Shown: positions 11,029-21,608, numbered from the stretch's first letter. The stretch: 64,000 nt of DNA from Myxococcales bacterium (GCA_045863395.1 BTVJ01000001.1:192001-256000), one strand, 5' to 3'. Translations and numbers: made by a program. Notes: generated by a model not told the origin, from the sequence alone.

Positions 11029-13803
11029 TCAGGGCTTGCTCACGGCGGCGTACTGGATGGTGATGCCCTTCACGGTGGGCTTGAGGCTCTCCGAGGCGGT
11101 CAGCGTCAGCTCCAACTGGAGAAACCGGTTGCCCTTGGCCGCCGGCCCGAGGAGCGCGCCTGCGTCGGTGGGGAACACGCCTGGCGGGAACGGCCCGGCT
11201 TTGGCGCTCCAGGGAGCCCCGGCCAGGTCTCCGGCGGTCGCCGCAGCGCGCAGCCGCAGGGAGATGCTGGTGCCGGGCGGGGTGGTCGCATCGACGGACA
11301 CGGACTTCCACGCCGTGACGTACCAGTCCTGCAGGTAGGTGTCGAGCTCGGGCGCCTCGTAGGTGGCGACGTAGGTGCCGTCGGGCACGATGGCCTTGAA
11401 GAAGGTGGAGCCCGTCATGTCGCTGTAGGTGTATGGCCCTGCCCCGACGGGGTGCTCCAGCACGATGGACATGTTGTTCGGGTCGATCTTGGTCGCCGAC
11501 GCCGCGCTCTGGTTGACCGCCCAGACGTAGCCGTCCGGATCGACGGCGATGCCGACGGGGAAGCGCCCGCCTCCAAGGTTGGCGCTGCCGACCATCTTGA
11601 GGGTCTTGGAGTCGATCTTGGCGACCCGGCTCGCCTCGTCGTTGGCGACGAACACGAGGCCCTTGCCGTTGGACACGATCCCGCGGGGACGGTTGTCCGT
11701 CGCCACGCTGGACCACTGGCCGCCGTTTGGATCGAACACATACGCCACGTTGCCGCAGCAGCAGTTGCCGATCCAGATGCGGTCCAGCTCGTCGATGGCG
11801 ATGCCGTAGGGCTCGAAGCACCCGCCGGGGCTGTAGGGCTGGACGGCCTTGGTGTCCGGGTGCACACGGACCAGCTTGCTACCGCCCCGCCCGCTCACCC
11901 AGATGATGCCCTTGGAGTCGATGGCGAGGCCGTAGGGGTTCACGCCGATGCTGATGGTCTGCAGGAGGGCGCCGGTCTCCGCGTGGAGCTGCGCCAGCTT
12001 GGACTCGTTCCAGTAGCCGACCCACGCGGTGCCGTCGTAGGCGATTCCCAGCGCCCGCGCCAGGGAGCCCACGCCCGGGCTGACGTCGAAGAGCACGCAC
12101 TCGTCCTGCCCCTTTGGCAGCATCTCGCTCGCCTGGATCACGCCGTCGCCGTTGGCGTCGAAGGACGTCTCGACGACGCCGTTGCCGTTCTTGTCCGGGC
12201 ACTTCTCCACGATGTTGCGGATCTTGTGGACGTTGCCGTTGCCCCGGCAGGCGACCCAGGCGTCGCCGGACTTGTCGACGGCGGTGCGGGACGGGTCCGG
12301 GCAGGTCTTGTAGCGGCCGAGCTCCTTGCCCGTGATGGTGTCGAGCTTGCTGACCGTGCTCTCGGCGGAGTTGGCGATCCAGATGAAGTGAAGGTTGTAC
12401 GAGCTCTCGGACAGCGTGAGCCAGCCCTCGGGGGTCAGGACGATGCCGTCGGACGCCGCGTCGAGGGTGAAGGGGGCCTCGCCGCCAGGGCCCGTCGTGT
12501 CCAGGTGGCAGAGCAGGTTGCAGTCGCCGCACTCGCTCAGGACCCCCTCGTCCACCTGGCCGTCGCAGTCGTTGTCCTTGCCGTCGCACGACTCGGGGGC
12601 CTCGACGACCTCTCCCTGGCAGGACGACCAGTAGCCCTCGGTGCACTTGCGCGTCCCCGCCTTGCACAGGCCGATGCCGATGAGCGCCTGGTTGCCCGAG
12701 TAGCAGGTCTGGGTCTGGCCGGGGTTCGAGCAAGGGCAGCCGGCTACGATGCTCACTGCGCAGTTCGGACACTTGGCCTGGAAGTGGGGGTTGTTGTCGT
12801 CGCAGTCCGCGCCGGCGGGGCACCCGGCGCCCGTGCCATCGCCGTCGTCATCGACGCAGCCCGGGGGCTTCGTGCAGTCGGGCAGGCCCTCGTCCGTCGC
12901 GCCGTCGCAGTCGTCGTCCTTGCCGTTGCAGGCCTCGGCGGTCGGGACCTTCTCTCCGAGGCACTGGCTCCAGAAGCCGCCGGCGCAGGTGCGGGTGCCG
13001 GCCGTGCAGGTGCCCTTGCCGACCAGGTCCGTGTCCGCCGAGAAGCAGGTCTGGGTCTGCCCTTCGTTGGAACAGGGGCAGCCGCCGTGGATGGCCGCGC
13101 CGCAGTCGGGGCACTGGGTCGTGAAGAACGGGTTGGTGTCGTCGCAGTCCGGGCCCGCCGCGCAGCCGCCGCCGTGCCCGTCGCCGTCGAGATCGGTGCA
13201 CTCGGGCGGGACGCAGCCCGGGAGGCCGTCGTCCGGCGCCCCATCGCAGTCGTTGTCGATGCCGTCGCAGACTTCCTTGGCTGGGGCCACCTCGCCCGCG
13301 CAGGGGCCCCAGACGCCGTTCTTGCACGTGCGCAGGCCCGTGCGGCAGGGTCCGACGTCCACTTGCTCGGCGGCGCCGGAGAAGCAGGGCATCTGAAGGC
13401 CGGAGTCCTCGCACACGCAGCCCTCGGAGGGGCCGTCGTCGCAGCCGTTGCACTCCGTGGCGCGCAGCGGGTCGGTGTCGTCGCAGTCGGGGCCCTTCTC
13501 GCAGCCTGCTCCGAAGCCATCGCCATCCTGATCCACGCAGCCGCAGTCGTCGCAGGCGATGTCGGGGCCGGAGTCTGGGGAAGCGGCGGGCCCGGTGTCC
13601 GCACGGGGCGCCGCCCCTGCATCGGGCTCGCCCTGCCCGGGAGAGCCCTGGCCGCCGCCGAAGCCGCCGCTGCCACCGAAGCCTCCGGCGCCAGGATCCT
13701 CGACGGCGCCGGGCTCACCGGGGCCCGCAGGGGAGCCCCCGCCTTCGGGAGACGCGCCAGAGCAGGCGACGAGCAAGGAGAGCAACGCGACGTGCCAGCG
13801 CAT
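11029..13803 (-). CDS. Lipoprotein with three Cys/Asp-rich (MopE-like, putative metal-binding) modules and a C-terminal beta-propeller
   Basis: Lipobox LLVAC; repeats of DxDGDGxG...DCDDxxP and E.CDGxDNDCDG..DEG; propeller blades (PYGLAIDSKGIIWV, PYGIAIDELDRIWI, PVGIAVDPDGYVWA); PYTYSDMTG. Confidence 0.85.
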   Translation of the reverse strand: MRWHVALLSLLVACSGASPEGGGSPAGPGEPGAVEDPGAGGFGGSGGFGGGQGSPGQGEPDAGAAPRADTGPAASPDSGPDIACDDCGCVDQDGDGFGAGCEKGPDCDDTDPLRATECNGCDDGPSEGCVCEDSGLQMPCFSGAAEQVDVGPCRTGLRTCKNGVWGPCAGEVAPAKEVCDGIDNDCDGAPDDGLPGCVPPECTDLDGDGHGGGCAAGPDCDDTNPFFTTQCPDCGAAIHGGCPCSNEGQTQTCFSADTDLVGKGTCTAGTRTCAGGFWSQCLGEKVPTAEACNGKDDDCDGATDEGLPDCTKPPGCVDDDGDGTGAGCPAGADCDDNNPHFQAKCPNCAVSIVAGCPCSNPGQTQTCYSGNQALIGIGLCKAGTRKCTEGYWSSCQGEVVEAPESCDGKDNDCDGQVDEGVLSECGDCNLLCHLDTTGPGGEAPFTLDAASDGIVLTPEGWLTLSESSYNLHFIWIANSAESTVSKLDTITGKELGRYKTCPDPSRTAVDKSGDAWVACRGNGNVHKIRNIVEKCPDKNGNGVVETSFDANGDGVIQASEMLPKGQDECVLFDVSPGVGSLARALGIAYDGTAWVGYWNESKLAQLHAETGALLQTISIGVNPYGLAIDSKGIIWVSGRGGSKLVRVHPDTKAVQPYSPGGCFEPYGIAIDELDRIWIGNCCCGNVAYVFDPNGGQWSSVATDNRPRGIVSNGKGLVFVANDEASRVAKIDSKTLKMVGSANLGGGRFPVGIAVDPDGYVWAVNQSAASATKIDPNNMSIVLEHPVGAGPYTYSDMTGSTFFKAIVPDGTYVATYEAPELDTYLQDWYVTAWKSVSVDATTPPGTSISLRLRAAATAGDLAGAPWSAKAGPFPPGVFPTDAGALLGPAAKGNRFLQLELTLTASESLKPTVKGITIQYAAVSKP

Positions 13804-13943
13804 GGCACACCTCCGTGGGGTTGGAGCCCGCCAATCATAGATCCATTCCAGGACTGCCGCCACCCGCGAGTTCGGCGTCGGGTGGTAGGAGCACCGTTCT
13901 GGCCACCCTGACGACCGGCTGGTAGCCTGGGCTCGTGGGAAGG

Positions 13944-15440
13944 ATGATCACATGGGGGCTGCTGCTTGCCCTGGCGGCACCTGCGACGGCCGCACCCTGT
14001 GAGCCGGCCGGCGCCACCCTGCTCTGCGAACCGGGAACGGCGGAGGCAGAGGGGCGCTCCATCGCCCACCCGCTGGCCGCGCGGCCGACGGAGACGCCGC
14101 TCGCCGACTACGAGCGCGTCGTGGTGAGGTGGTCCCGCGCGGTGAAGATGACGCCGCTCCTGTTCCCCGGGGAGCCCGTCGGGGCAAGCGCGGAGCTGGA
14201 CCCGACGGCGGACCAGCGCGCCCGCCTGCGGGCGGAGACGCTGACCAACGGTTACCTCTGGACCCGCGACGAGAAGACCGCCCGCAGGTGGCACGTGCGG
14301 CTGGACCTCCGCGCCCTGTTCGACGCGGACTCTCTCGTCCTGATGCGCGGCGACCGGGCGCTCCCCCTGGTGCGTCGCGGCCAGCGGTACGAGCACGCCG
14401 AGGGTCCCATCGCCGGGTCCCGCGCGCGGCTCCTGCTCTTCGACCGTGTGGCGGAGCGCCGGGAGGACCTGGGGCCCCCGAGCGCCTTCGACCTGGACCT
14501 GCTTCGGGAGGAGGCGGGAGTCCGCCGCTTCGACGTCGACGCGCTCGACCCGACCATGGCGCGGGTGCGGGCGCGGTTCGCCAGCGGCCTCGTGGCGCCC
14601 GGGGTCGTCGTGCATGACGGCGCGCGGACGCGGCTCCTGCTGGAGGGGGACCGCGAGGCGCTGCGTGCGGCGATGACGGAGAGCCTCCGCCACATGGGCG
14701 TCGAGCGCGGCATCCTGGCCACGGCGGAGCTCATGGAGGCCGAGCGGCTGAAGTTCGACGAGCCGGTCGTCGAGATCGACCAGCAGGACGGCGCGGTCCG
14801 CCGCGCCTGGTGGAAGGCCTACAGCAGCGGAAAGGACACCTTCGTGATCAACGGCCACCGCTACGATGTCTTCGACGACGCGGGCCGGCCCTACGTGCCC
14901 CAGGTGTGCGTGGACTTCCTCGTGGACGCCTTCGACCGCTACGGCGGCTCCTGGTACGGGCGCCGCGACGAGCCGCGGGCTCGCACGCCGGGGCTGGTCG
15001 ACATGAAGGACCTGTCGGCCCGCCTCGGCTACGATCTGCGCATGATCCCCCACCTCGTGCGCATGGCGCGGGAGCACCCGGAGATGTGGGAGATCTACAG
15101 CGTCCCCAAGGCGGAGCGCGTGCCCTTCCGCCAGCGGGAGGCGTTCCACGAGCGCGTGCGGACCTTCCCGGTGGAGCTGCGCGAGGCGGACATCATCGTG
15201 ATCTGGGGCCTGCGGGACGACCAGCGGAACCACTACCACAGCTTCTTCGTCCACCGGACGGACCCGGTCCTCGGCTACCCCCTCGTGTTCTCGGAGAACG
15301 CCGGCTATGTGCGCGTGAGGGTGCTCGACGAGATCATGCGGGCCGCCCCCCGGCGGTTCTTCCACCACAGGCTGCGCCTTCGCACGGACTGGGTGCTGCA
15401 GCGGCAGGCGGAGAGAGCGGCGGAGCTTCGAGCCGATTAG
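13944..15440 (+). CDS. Secreted hypothetical protein; C-terminus resembles a papain/NlpC-P60-like (DUF1287-like) fold
   Basis: Signal peptide MITWGLLLALAAPATA; QVCVDFLVDAF ... ADIIVIWG ... HSFFV ... PLVFSENAG; strong codon bias. Confidence 0.7.
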   Translation: MITWGLLLALAAPATAAPCEPAGATLLCEPGTAEAEGRSIAHPLAARPTETPLADYERVVVRWSRAVKMTPLLFPGEPVGASAELDPTADQRARLRAETLTNGYLWTRDEKTARRWHVRLDLRALFDADSLVLMRGDRALPLVRRGQRYEHAEGPIAGSRARLLLFDRVAERREDLGPPSAFDLDLLREEAGVRRFDVDALDPTMARVRARFASGLVAPGVVVHDGARTRLLLEGDREALRAAMTESLRHMGVERGILATAELMEAERLKFDEPVVEIDQQDGAVRRAWWKAYSSGKDTFVINGHRYDVFDDAGRPYVPQVCVDFLVDAFDRYGGSWYGRRDEPRARTPGLVDMKDLSARLGYDLRMIPHLVRMAREHPEMWEIYSVPKAERVPFRQREAFHERVRTFPVELREADIIVIWGLRDDQRNHYHSFFVHRTDPVLGYPLVFSENAGYVRVRVLDEIMRAAPRRFFHHRLRLRTDWVLQRQAERAAELRAD

Positions 15441-15482
15441 GCTCACGGGGGCGGGCCCACGGCACGGACTCAGGGAGGTGGC

Positions 15483-16352
15483 TCAGAAGCCGGCGCCGAC
15501 GGCGACGCCGCCCTGGCCGCTCGGAGCGACCCAGACCGCGGGGGGAGGGTCGGCCTCTCCGAGCACCGCCATCAGGACGCCCGCCGCCGCGGCCAGGCCG
15601 CCGGCCGTGGTCAGGCCGACCCCGATGGAGCGCTCCAGGTCGCCGCCACCGTCGTAGCCCCCGTCCCGGCGCTCGTCGCCGACCACCACCAGCGCGATGC
15701 CAGCCGCGAGCACGGCGCCCCCGCTGACGCTGACGGCGATGCCCCAGTCGCGAAGCGGTCTGGCGGCCGGCGGAGGGGCCGCGACGGTCGACTCGGGCCG
15801 CAGCGTGACGGCGACCTCGCGGGACTCTCCGGGGACCACCGTCGCGACCAGATCGAGGGGCGGCCTCCCCGGCGCCTGCACCCGAACCCGGCGGGGGCCC
15901 GCGGGGACCAGCTCGCGCACGAGGGGGGTCCGGCCGACCGACTTGTCGTCGATGAACACCTCGCCCTCGCCGTCCGCCACGACCGTCAGGCGGCCCTGCC
16001 CGAAGGCGGCGCGGGTCGCCTCCATGCGCGCCACGGCCTGCTCGATGCCGTCGCCATCCGTCGACAGGGTGACGTACTGGCGATAGGCATCGAGGGCCTC
16101 CTCGTACTTGCCGGCCTCCTCGAGGACGACGCCCTTGTTGAACACGAAGGTAGGGTCCGGGAGCAGTGTGAAGGCTCGCTCCAGGAGGTCGACGGCCCCG
16201 GCATGGTCGCCCTCCTGCCACGCCCTCCGGCCCGCCTCATAGAGGTCGGTGGGCGTCGGACCGCGGGCCGCGCGCTCCCCCAGTGCGGCCAGCTCCTGCG
16301 CCTCGCCTGGAGAGACGAGCAGCGCGACCAGCAGCAGGGCGCGAGTGATCAT
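15483..16352 (-). CDS. TPR + PEGA domain protein
   Basis: Signal peptide; TPR (LYEAGRRAWQEGDHAGAVDLLERAF...FNKG); PEGA (EVFIDDKSVGRTPL...PAGPRRVRV); hydrophobic C-terminus ending GF. ATGA overlap with the upstream kinase. Confidence 0.85.
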   Translation of the reverse strand: MITRALLLVALLVSPGEAQELAALGERAARGPTPTDLYEAGRRAWQEGDHAGAVDLLERAFTLLPDPTFVFNKGVVLEEAGKYEEALDAYRQYVTLSTDGDGIEQAVARMEATRAAFGQGRLTVVADGEGEVFIDDKSVGRTPLVRELVPAGPRRVRVQAPGRPPLDLVATVVPGESREVAVTLRPESTVAAPPPAARPLRDWGIAVSVSGGAVLAAGIALVVVGDERRDGGYDGGGDLERSIGVGLTTAGGLAAAAGVLMAVLGEADPPPAVWVAPSGQGGVAVGAGF

Positions 16353-17923
16353 GGGGCACCTCGCGGGACCCACCGCTCGAAGGGCCGCGACGGTGGTGGC
16401 GGCGGGGAGGGGGCGACGCTCTCACGGGGCTGGCGGAGAGCGCGGCGCCTGTCTGAAGCCGGCTGGGTGCGTGGGGCCACCACGTCGACGGTGCGCCCGA
16501 CGCTCACCGCGCGCGGCTCCGAGGGCGCTATGGTGATCAGCGCGCCCTCGGGCTCGGGGACCGGAGGGGGCTGCGAAGCTGCCGACGTCACTTGTGTCTC
16601 GAGGCGCGCCTCGTCTGCCACCTGGTCGCCTGGCGCGGCGGCATCGGCTTCGGCGCGCTGGCTCACCGCGACCTCAGGCTCCGCCTGCCGCAGGGTCCGA
16701 GGCGTGGGCGCCGCACGCGGTGCGGGCGCCGCCAAGTGGGGCACCCTCAGGCCCGCGACCGCCAGGGCGCCTCGTCCCCCGGAGGCGGCAGGAGAGCCCC
16801 CGTCGAAGAACCCCATGGGGATCGCCAGCGCTGCCAACCCGAGCACACAGGCGCCGCCCCACACCCAGGCCCGCCGGAGGGGTTGGGCGTGTCCCGGGGG
16901 GAGCCCAAGCGCCCGCGGCGCACACACGATGGTCGGCCCCGCCGGCTCCACCACCTCCGCCTCGACCAGGGGCACCTCGGGGCGCACCACGATGTCGGCG
17001 CTCGACTCCTCCCAGCGCCCGTGGGTCCGCCGCGAGACCGACGGGTGCGCGGCGCAGGCCGCCAGCCGCTGGAGTACGTCATCGGCGGTGGGGGGGCGCA
17101 GCGCGGGATCCTTTCGCAGGAGATCGAGGATCAGCGCCTCCAGGAGCTCTGGCAGCGCCTCCGCGAGCAGGCGGGACGGGGGGACCGGGTCCCGGTGCAC
17201 CTGCATGGACAGGACCTTGCGCGCATCCTTGTGCTCGAAGGGCAGGCGGCCCGTGGACATTTGGTAGAGGAGCACCCCGAGTGCGTAGAGGTCTGCCCGG
17301 GCGTCCACCTCGTACCCCAGGGCCTGCTCGGGAGACATGAACTCCGGCGTGCCCGCGACCAGGCCGTCAGGCGCGGTGGGGCCCGGCATGGAGGCGATGC
17401 CGAAGTCGACGACCTTCACCACGTCCCGCTCGCCGTAGAGATCGATGAGCAGGATGTTGTCGCCTTTCAGGTCCCGGTGGATGACCTCCTCGCGGTGCGC
17501 GGCGTTGAGGGCCTTGGCGATCTGCATGGCGATGTTGACGACCCGGGCGGGCGGGAACCGGCGCGCCGTCGTGATCTCCGCCTCCAGGGTGCGCCCCTGC
17601 AGGAGCTCCATCGCCATCCAGAAGCCGCCGTCGTCGAGCTGCCCGAAGTCGTAGACGCGCACGGTGTTGGGGTGCTGGATGCGGGCGGCAGCGCGCATCT
17701 CGCGGTAGAACCACTGCACGTAGGGCGCGCTGTCCTCCGTGGGGACCCGCATCACCTTGAGCGCCACCCACCGATCCATGCTGACCTGGCGGGCCTTGTA
17801 GATGTCGCACATGCCGCCCGAGGCCAGGAGCTCGTGGACGCGGTACCGGCCGCCGACGGTGGCGCCGACGAGCCTCGGTGGGTTGGGGCGTGCGGCCAGA
17901 GGCTGTGAGGGTTCTTCGTTCAT
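16349..17923 (-). CDS. Membrane-anchored Ser/Thr protein kinase
   Basis: LASGGMCDIY, VALK, HRDLKGDN, DFG, GTPEFMSPE, then a TM segment WVWGGACVLGLAALAIPMGFF. Start uncertain. Confidence 0.9.
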   Translation of the reverse strand: MNEEPSQPLAARPNPPRLVGATVGGRYRVHELLASGGMCDIYKARQVSMDRWVALKVMRVPTEDSAPYVQWFYREMRAAARIQHPNTVRVYDFGQLDDGGFWMAMELLQGRTLEAEITTARRFPPARVVNIAMQIAKALNAAHREEVIHRDLKGDNILLIDLYGERDVVKVVDFGIASMPGPTAPDGLVAGTPEFMSPEQALGYEVDARADLYALGVLLYQMSTGRLPFEHKDARKVLSMQVHRDPVPPSRLLAEALPELLEALILDLLRKDPALRPPTADDVLQRLAACAAHPSVSRRTHGRWEESSADIVVRPEVPLVEAEVVEPAGPTIVCAPRALGLPPGHAQPLRRAWVWGGACVLGLAALAIPMGFFDGGSPAASGGRGALAVAGLRVPHLAAPAPRAAPTPRTLRQAEPEVAVSQRAEADAAAPGDQVADEARLETQVTSAASQPPPVPEPEGALITIAPSEPRAVSVGRTVDVVAPRTQPASDRRRALRQPRESVAPSPPPPPSRPFERWVPRGAP

Positions 17924-18321
17924 CTGCGACAAGCATAGGCTCGGCCGACGGGGGGGCAATGCGCGGGAGCGGGGGAGGGGACCCGTCCTCCTGCCGGGCG
18001 GCTCGCGCGCCGCCAACGGCTCCGCCCTTCCAAATGCTCGCGTGACGGCTCGTGGGTTCATGGCTGGGGGCGGCGTGCAAGGGTCGGGCCGGTGTGCCGC
18101 GGGGAGGGTGCCTGGCGTCCGGCCGTATGGGGAGGCGCCCCTCCTGGTCCGCGGCTGCCGGCGTGACGCCGTCCCTGACGCCCGATGTCCCACCTCCGCC
18201 ACGGGACACTGTCGCGCCAGCGTGCGGCTCCCTCCAGGACGGGAGCGGTCAGCGTGGCCATCGTTGTTGACCTCCCGCGAGCGCCAAGCCTATTCTCCGC
18301 GCACCTGACGTGGAGGAGCCC

Positions 18322-18837
18322 ATGTACATCGAGAGTGAAGATCACCTAGACCGAAGCGCCGACGAGGTGTACCCCCTGGTGCGCGACGAGATGCCCAGGC
18401 TGCTCCCCTACATGCCGGACGTGGAGGCGCTGGAGCAGCTCTCCTACGAGCGGGAGTCAGAGACCCGGGTACGCATCGTCAACCGCTGGCAGGCAAAGGC
18501 GTCGGTGCCGAGCCTGGTGGAGAAGTTCCTGCCCAAGGACATGTTCACCTGGATCGACCGCGCGTACTGGAAGGACGACGAGTACTGCGTGGACTACGTG
18601 CTGGAGGGCTTCGGCTACACGGCCAAGGGCACCAACTACTTCACGCCGGACGGGGGCGGCACCAAGCTGCGGGTCACGGCGGAGATCACCATCGACCCGT
18701 CGAAGTTCAAGATCCCCAAGCTCCTGTTCAACAAGGCCTTCCCCATGATCGAGGGCTCGGTGCGCAAGGCGGTCCAGCCCAACCTCACGGCGCTCGCCCG
18801 CGGGCTGCGCGACTACTTCGCGGCACAAGGCAAGTAG
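18322..18837 (+). CDS. SRPBCC/START-like ligand-binding fold protein
   Basis: GGAGGAG RBS, strong codon bias; beta-strand-rich core (NYFTPDGGGTKLRVTAEITI) plus a long C-terminal helix. Confidence 0.65.
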   Translation: MYIESEDHLDRSADEVYPLVRDEMPRLLPYMPDVEALEQLSYERESETRVRIVNRWQAKASVPSLVEKFLPKDMFTWIDRAYWKDDEYCVDYVLEGFGYTAKGTNYFTPDGGGTKLRVTAEITIDPSKFKIPKLLFNKAFPMIEGSVRKAVQPNLTALARGLRDYFAAQGK

Positions 18838-18845
18838 CGTCCCCC

Positions 18846-19178
18846 GTGGATCCGGCGCTCCGGGCGGGGGCGACCCTCTTTCACTCCGGCGCACTCTACG
18901 AGGCCCACGAAGCCTGGGAGGAGGAGTGGCGCGCCGAGGGCCCCGGGGAGCGGCGGGAGCTGCTGCAGGGGCTCGTGCAGGTGGCGGTGGCGCTGCTCCA
19001 CCGCGACCGGGGCAATGCGATTGGTGCCGCGCGGGTGGGGGCGCGGGCCGCCGAGCGTCTCGCCGCGCTCCCTGCCGTGGTCTGTGGGCTCGACATCGAG
19101 GGACTCAGGGCGTCCTTCGCCCAGGCGCTGGTCGAGCCTCCGGGGAGCCCCCATCCCCGCCTGCGATCTGTCGGGTAG
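18846..19178 (+). CDS. DUF309 family protein
   Basis: LFHSGALYEAHEAWEEEW...LLQGLVQVAVALLH..RGN..GA. Confidence 0.88.
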   Translation: MDPALRAGATLFHSGALYEAHEAWEEEWRAEGPGERRELLQGLVQVAVALLHRDRGNAIGAARVGARAAERLAALPAVVCGLDIEGLRASFAQALVEPPGSPHPRLRSVG

Positions 19179-19263
19179 GCCCGATCCTCCATGATGACCC
19201 CTCGTCGGCACTAACGTTCGGGACGGTTGACCATCGAACGTTGCAAACGTTAGGCTTGACCAC

Positions 19264-20580
19264 ATGAACGTCGACCACATCAACGAGGCGCTCTTCCGCG
19301 GTGAGTTGGACCGACCGGGGGTGCTCCCCCACGTCCGGGCGCTGGGGGATGCACCGTTCGTGTTCCGCCAGTCGTTCGGACTGGACTCGCTGCCGGAGGA
19401 GCCGGGGGTCATTCTGGTGCGGGGGGCGCGGCAGTATGGCAAGAGCACGTGGCTGGAGAGACAGATCGCTGAAACCATCGAGCAGTATGGGCCCGGCACG
19501 GCGTTCTACCTGAACGGGGACGTGCTTCGCGACGCGGATACGCTGAGCGAAGCGATCCGGGCGTTGGTGCCGCTCTTCGCGGCCGAGGCTCCGGTGCGGC
19601 GCCTCTTCATCGACGAGATCACAGCAGTCGACGGCTGGGAGCGAGGACTGAAGCGCGTCATCGACGCCGGAGAGGTCCGACGGGTGCTCGTGGTGACCAC
19701 CGGCTCGAAGGCGACCGACCTGCGACGAGGGAGCGAGCGGCTCCCGGGGCGCAAAGGGAGGCTCGACAGGACCTCGTACCTGTTCACGCCGGTGATGTAT
19801 GCAGAGTTTCGACGGCTCTGCGGCGAGCAGCTCGGGGCACAGACTCTGCCCGCCTATATGCTGGCCGGGGGTTGCCCCGTCGCCCTCTCGGAGATCGCGC
19901 GTCACGGGAGGCTGCCTGAGTACGTGCTCGAGATGGTGCGCGACTGGATCCACGGCGAGGTCGCTGCCTCCGGCCGCCAGCGGTCGTCGCTGCTGGCCGT
20001 CATGGAGTGCCTCATGCAGCGCGGCGGGACGCCAGTCGGGCAGGCGCGCCTTGCTCGCGAGGCAGGGCTCGCCAACAATACGGTGGCTGCCGGGTACATC
20101 GAGCTTCTGGCCGACCTGACGTGTGTCGGGATCGCCCAGGCATGGGATGCGTCCCGGCGAGTCCGCCTCACGCGCCGGCCGGCGAAGTTCCCGTTCATCA
20201 ACCTGCTCGCAGCCGCCGCCTGGCATCCGGCGCGACCACGCAGCGCGGACGCCTTCGCGCTGCTGGAACCCGAGGAGCAGGGCCGGTGGTGCGAGTGGCT
20301 CGTTGCTCAGGAGCTGTGGAGACGCGCGGCGGTCCGCGGCGACGACTCACCGGAGCAGCTCCTGTTTTGGGGCAGCAAGCAGCACGAGCTGGACTTCGTG
20401 TGTCCCCCGGCCACGTTCGTCGAGGTCAAGCGCGGCCGGACCGGACCGCTCGAGCTCGGATGGTTTCCCAAGGTGTTCCCGGACGGGCGCCTGCTTGTGG
20501 TTGGCGGAGACCGTTTCGAGACCGACCGCATTCGCGGCCTCACGCTGGAAGACTTCCTGCTCGACGACAGCGTGGGCTGA
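19264..20580 (+). CDS. AAA_14 ATPase with a C-terminal DUF4143 (PD-(D/E)xK-like) domain
   Basis: LVRGARQYGKST, LFIDEI, VTTGS, ERLPGR; C-terminal ELDFV...FVEVKRG. Confidence 0.88.
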   Translation: MNVDHINEALFRGELDRPGVLPHVRALGDAPFVFRQSFGLDSLPEEPGVILVRGARQYGKSTWLERQIAETIEQYGPGTAFYLNGDVLRDADTLSEAIRALVPLFAAEAPVRRLFIDEITAVDGWERGLKRVIDAGEVRRVLVVTTGSKATDLRRGSERLPGRKGRLDRTSYLFTPVMYAEFRRLCGEQLGAQTLPAYMLAGGCPVALSEIARHGRLPEYVLEMVRDWIHGEVAASGRQRSSLLAVMECLMQRGGTPVGQARLAREAGLANNTVAAGYIELLADLTCVGIAQAWDASRRVRLTRRPAKFPFINLLAAAAWHPARPRSADAFALLEPEEQGRWCEWLVAQELWRRAAVRGDDSPEQLLFWGSKQHELDFVCPPATFVEVKRGRTGPLELGWFPKVFPDGRLLVVGGDRFETDRIRGLTLEDFLLDDSVG

Positions 20581-20882
20581 CCTGGGAGGAGCGTGGAGCG
20601 GGTCGTGCGGCAGGGACGGGTCGGGACCGCTCCCACGTCAGCGTCGGTCGTCGCCCACGGGGGGATGTGGGGGCTCGCGCCCAGCGGGGGATCGCGTCCG
20701 CGCAGTCGAACCCGCGGCAACGCGAGATCGGCAGCGCCTTCGTTGTTGACGCCGCGAGGGAGAATCAATGACCTCGGAGGCCGGCACCAGGCGAAGTGCG
20801 CGAGCGGCGATGGGATGCGCCGGAGCGCTCGATGCTCGCCTTGGACCCGCCCTTCACCCTGTCCGAACGATGGAGACGACCC

Positions 20883-21608
20883 ATGAGAAGAGTTGCGCTT
20901 CCGGTAGCGGCGGTGTTTCTTGCAGCCGCGCTGCTTCCCGCCTGTGAGCATGCCCCCGATGAGCAGGAGGTCGAGTTCCAGCTCGCCGTGCAGGACCTGA
21001 AGACCTTCAGGGGCAAGGTGACCCCCGGCAGCTACGACGTCACCGTCGATGCCATCGTCGGCCCGGCTGATGTCAACGTCTCCACCACGTTCCATACGCC
21101 GAAGGGCGCGGTCGTGGCGTTCGACTGGTCGGTCTCACATGCTGACGCGGGCAACCCGATCATCGGCGCGGAGGGGTCCGCGTCGGCCAAGGGCTTCCTC
21201 GTGGCCGGCGGCGGGCAGAGCAACACGCTGTCCATCGTCGTCGAGTTGAAGGTCCCCCTGGGCTTCATCGATGACAACATGGACTTCGTGAACCCACCGT
21301 CCCTCCTCGGGATCGTCGGGCCGGCCGATGTTCCGCTGGGCACCGCGATCCCCGCGGCAGCCACCGTGATCGACAACGAGGGTGTGGTCGGCGTCACCGC
21401 GCGCCTCTTGAGCCCCAACAACACGCCGTTGTCCAAGGTCGTGCCCTTGGTCGAAGGACAGCAGGGTCCAGAGAAGTCCCAATCATTCTCAGGCGTCGTG
21501 GACGGCCCGAACGAGGCGGGCACAATCACTCTGAGACTCACGGCGATGGACGGCGATGGCCACGCGAGCGTCGAGAACCTCACGATCATCGTGGGCCCTG
21601 CCGACTGA
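20883..21608 (+). CDS. Hypothetical lipoprotein, beta-rich with an Ig-like C-terminus
   Basis: Lipobox MRRVALPVAAVFLAAALLPAC; GGAGA RBS; ends with TITLRLTAMDGDGHASVENLTIIV. Confidence 0.7.
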   Translation: MRRVALPVAAVFLAAALLPACEHAPDEQEVEFQLAVQDLKTFRGKVTPGSYDVTVDAIVGPADVNVSTTFHTPKGAVVAFDWSVSHADAGNPIIGAEGSASAKGFLVAGGGQSNTLSIVVELKVPLGFIDDNMDFVNPPSLLGIVGPADVPLGTAIPAAATVIDNEGVVGVTARLLSPNNTPLSKVVPLVEGQQGPEKSQSFSGVVDGPNEAGTITLRLTAMDGDGHASVENLTIIVGPAD

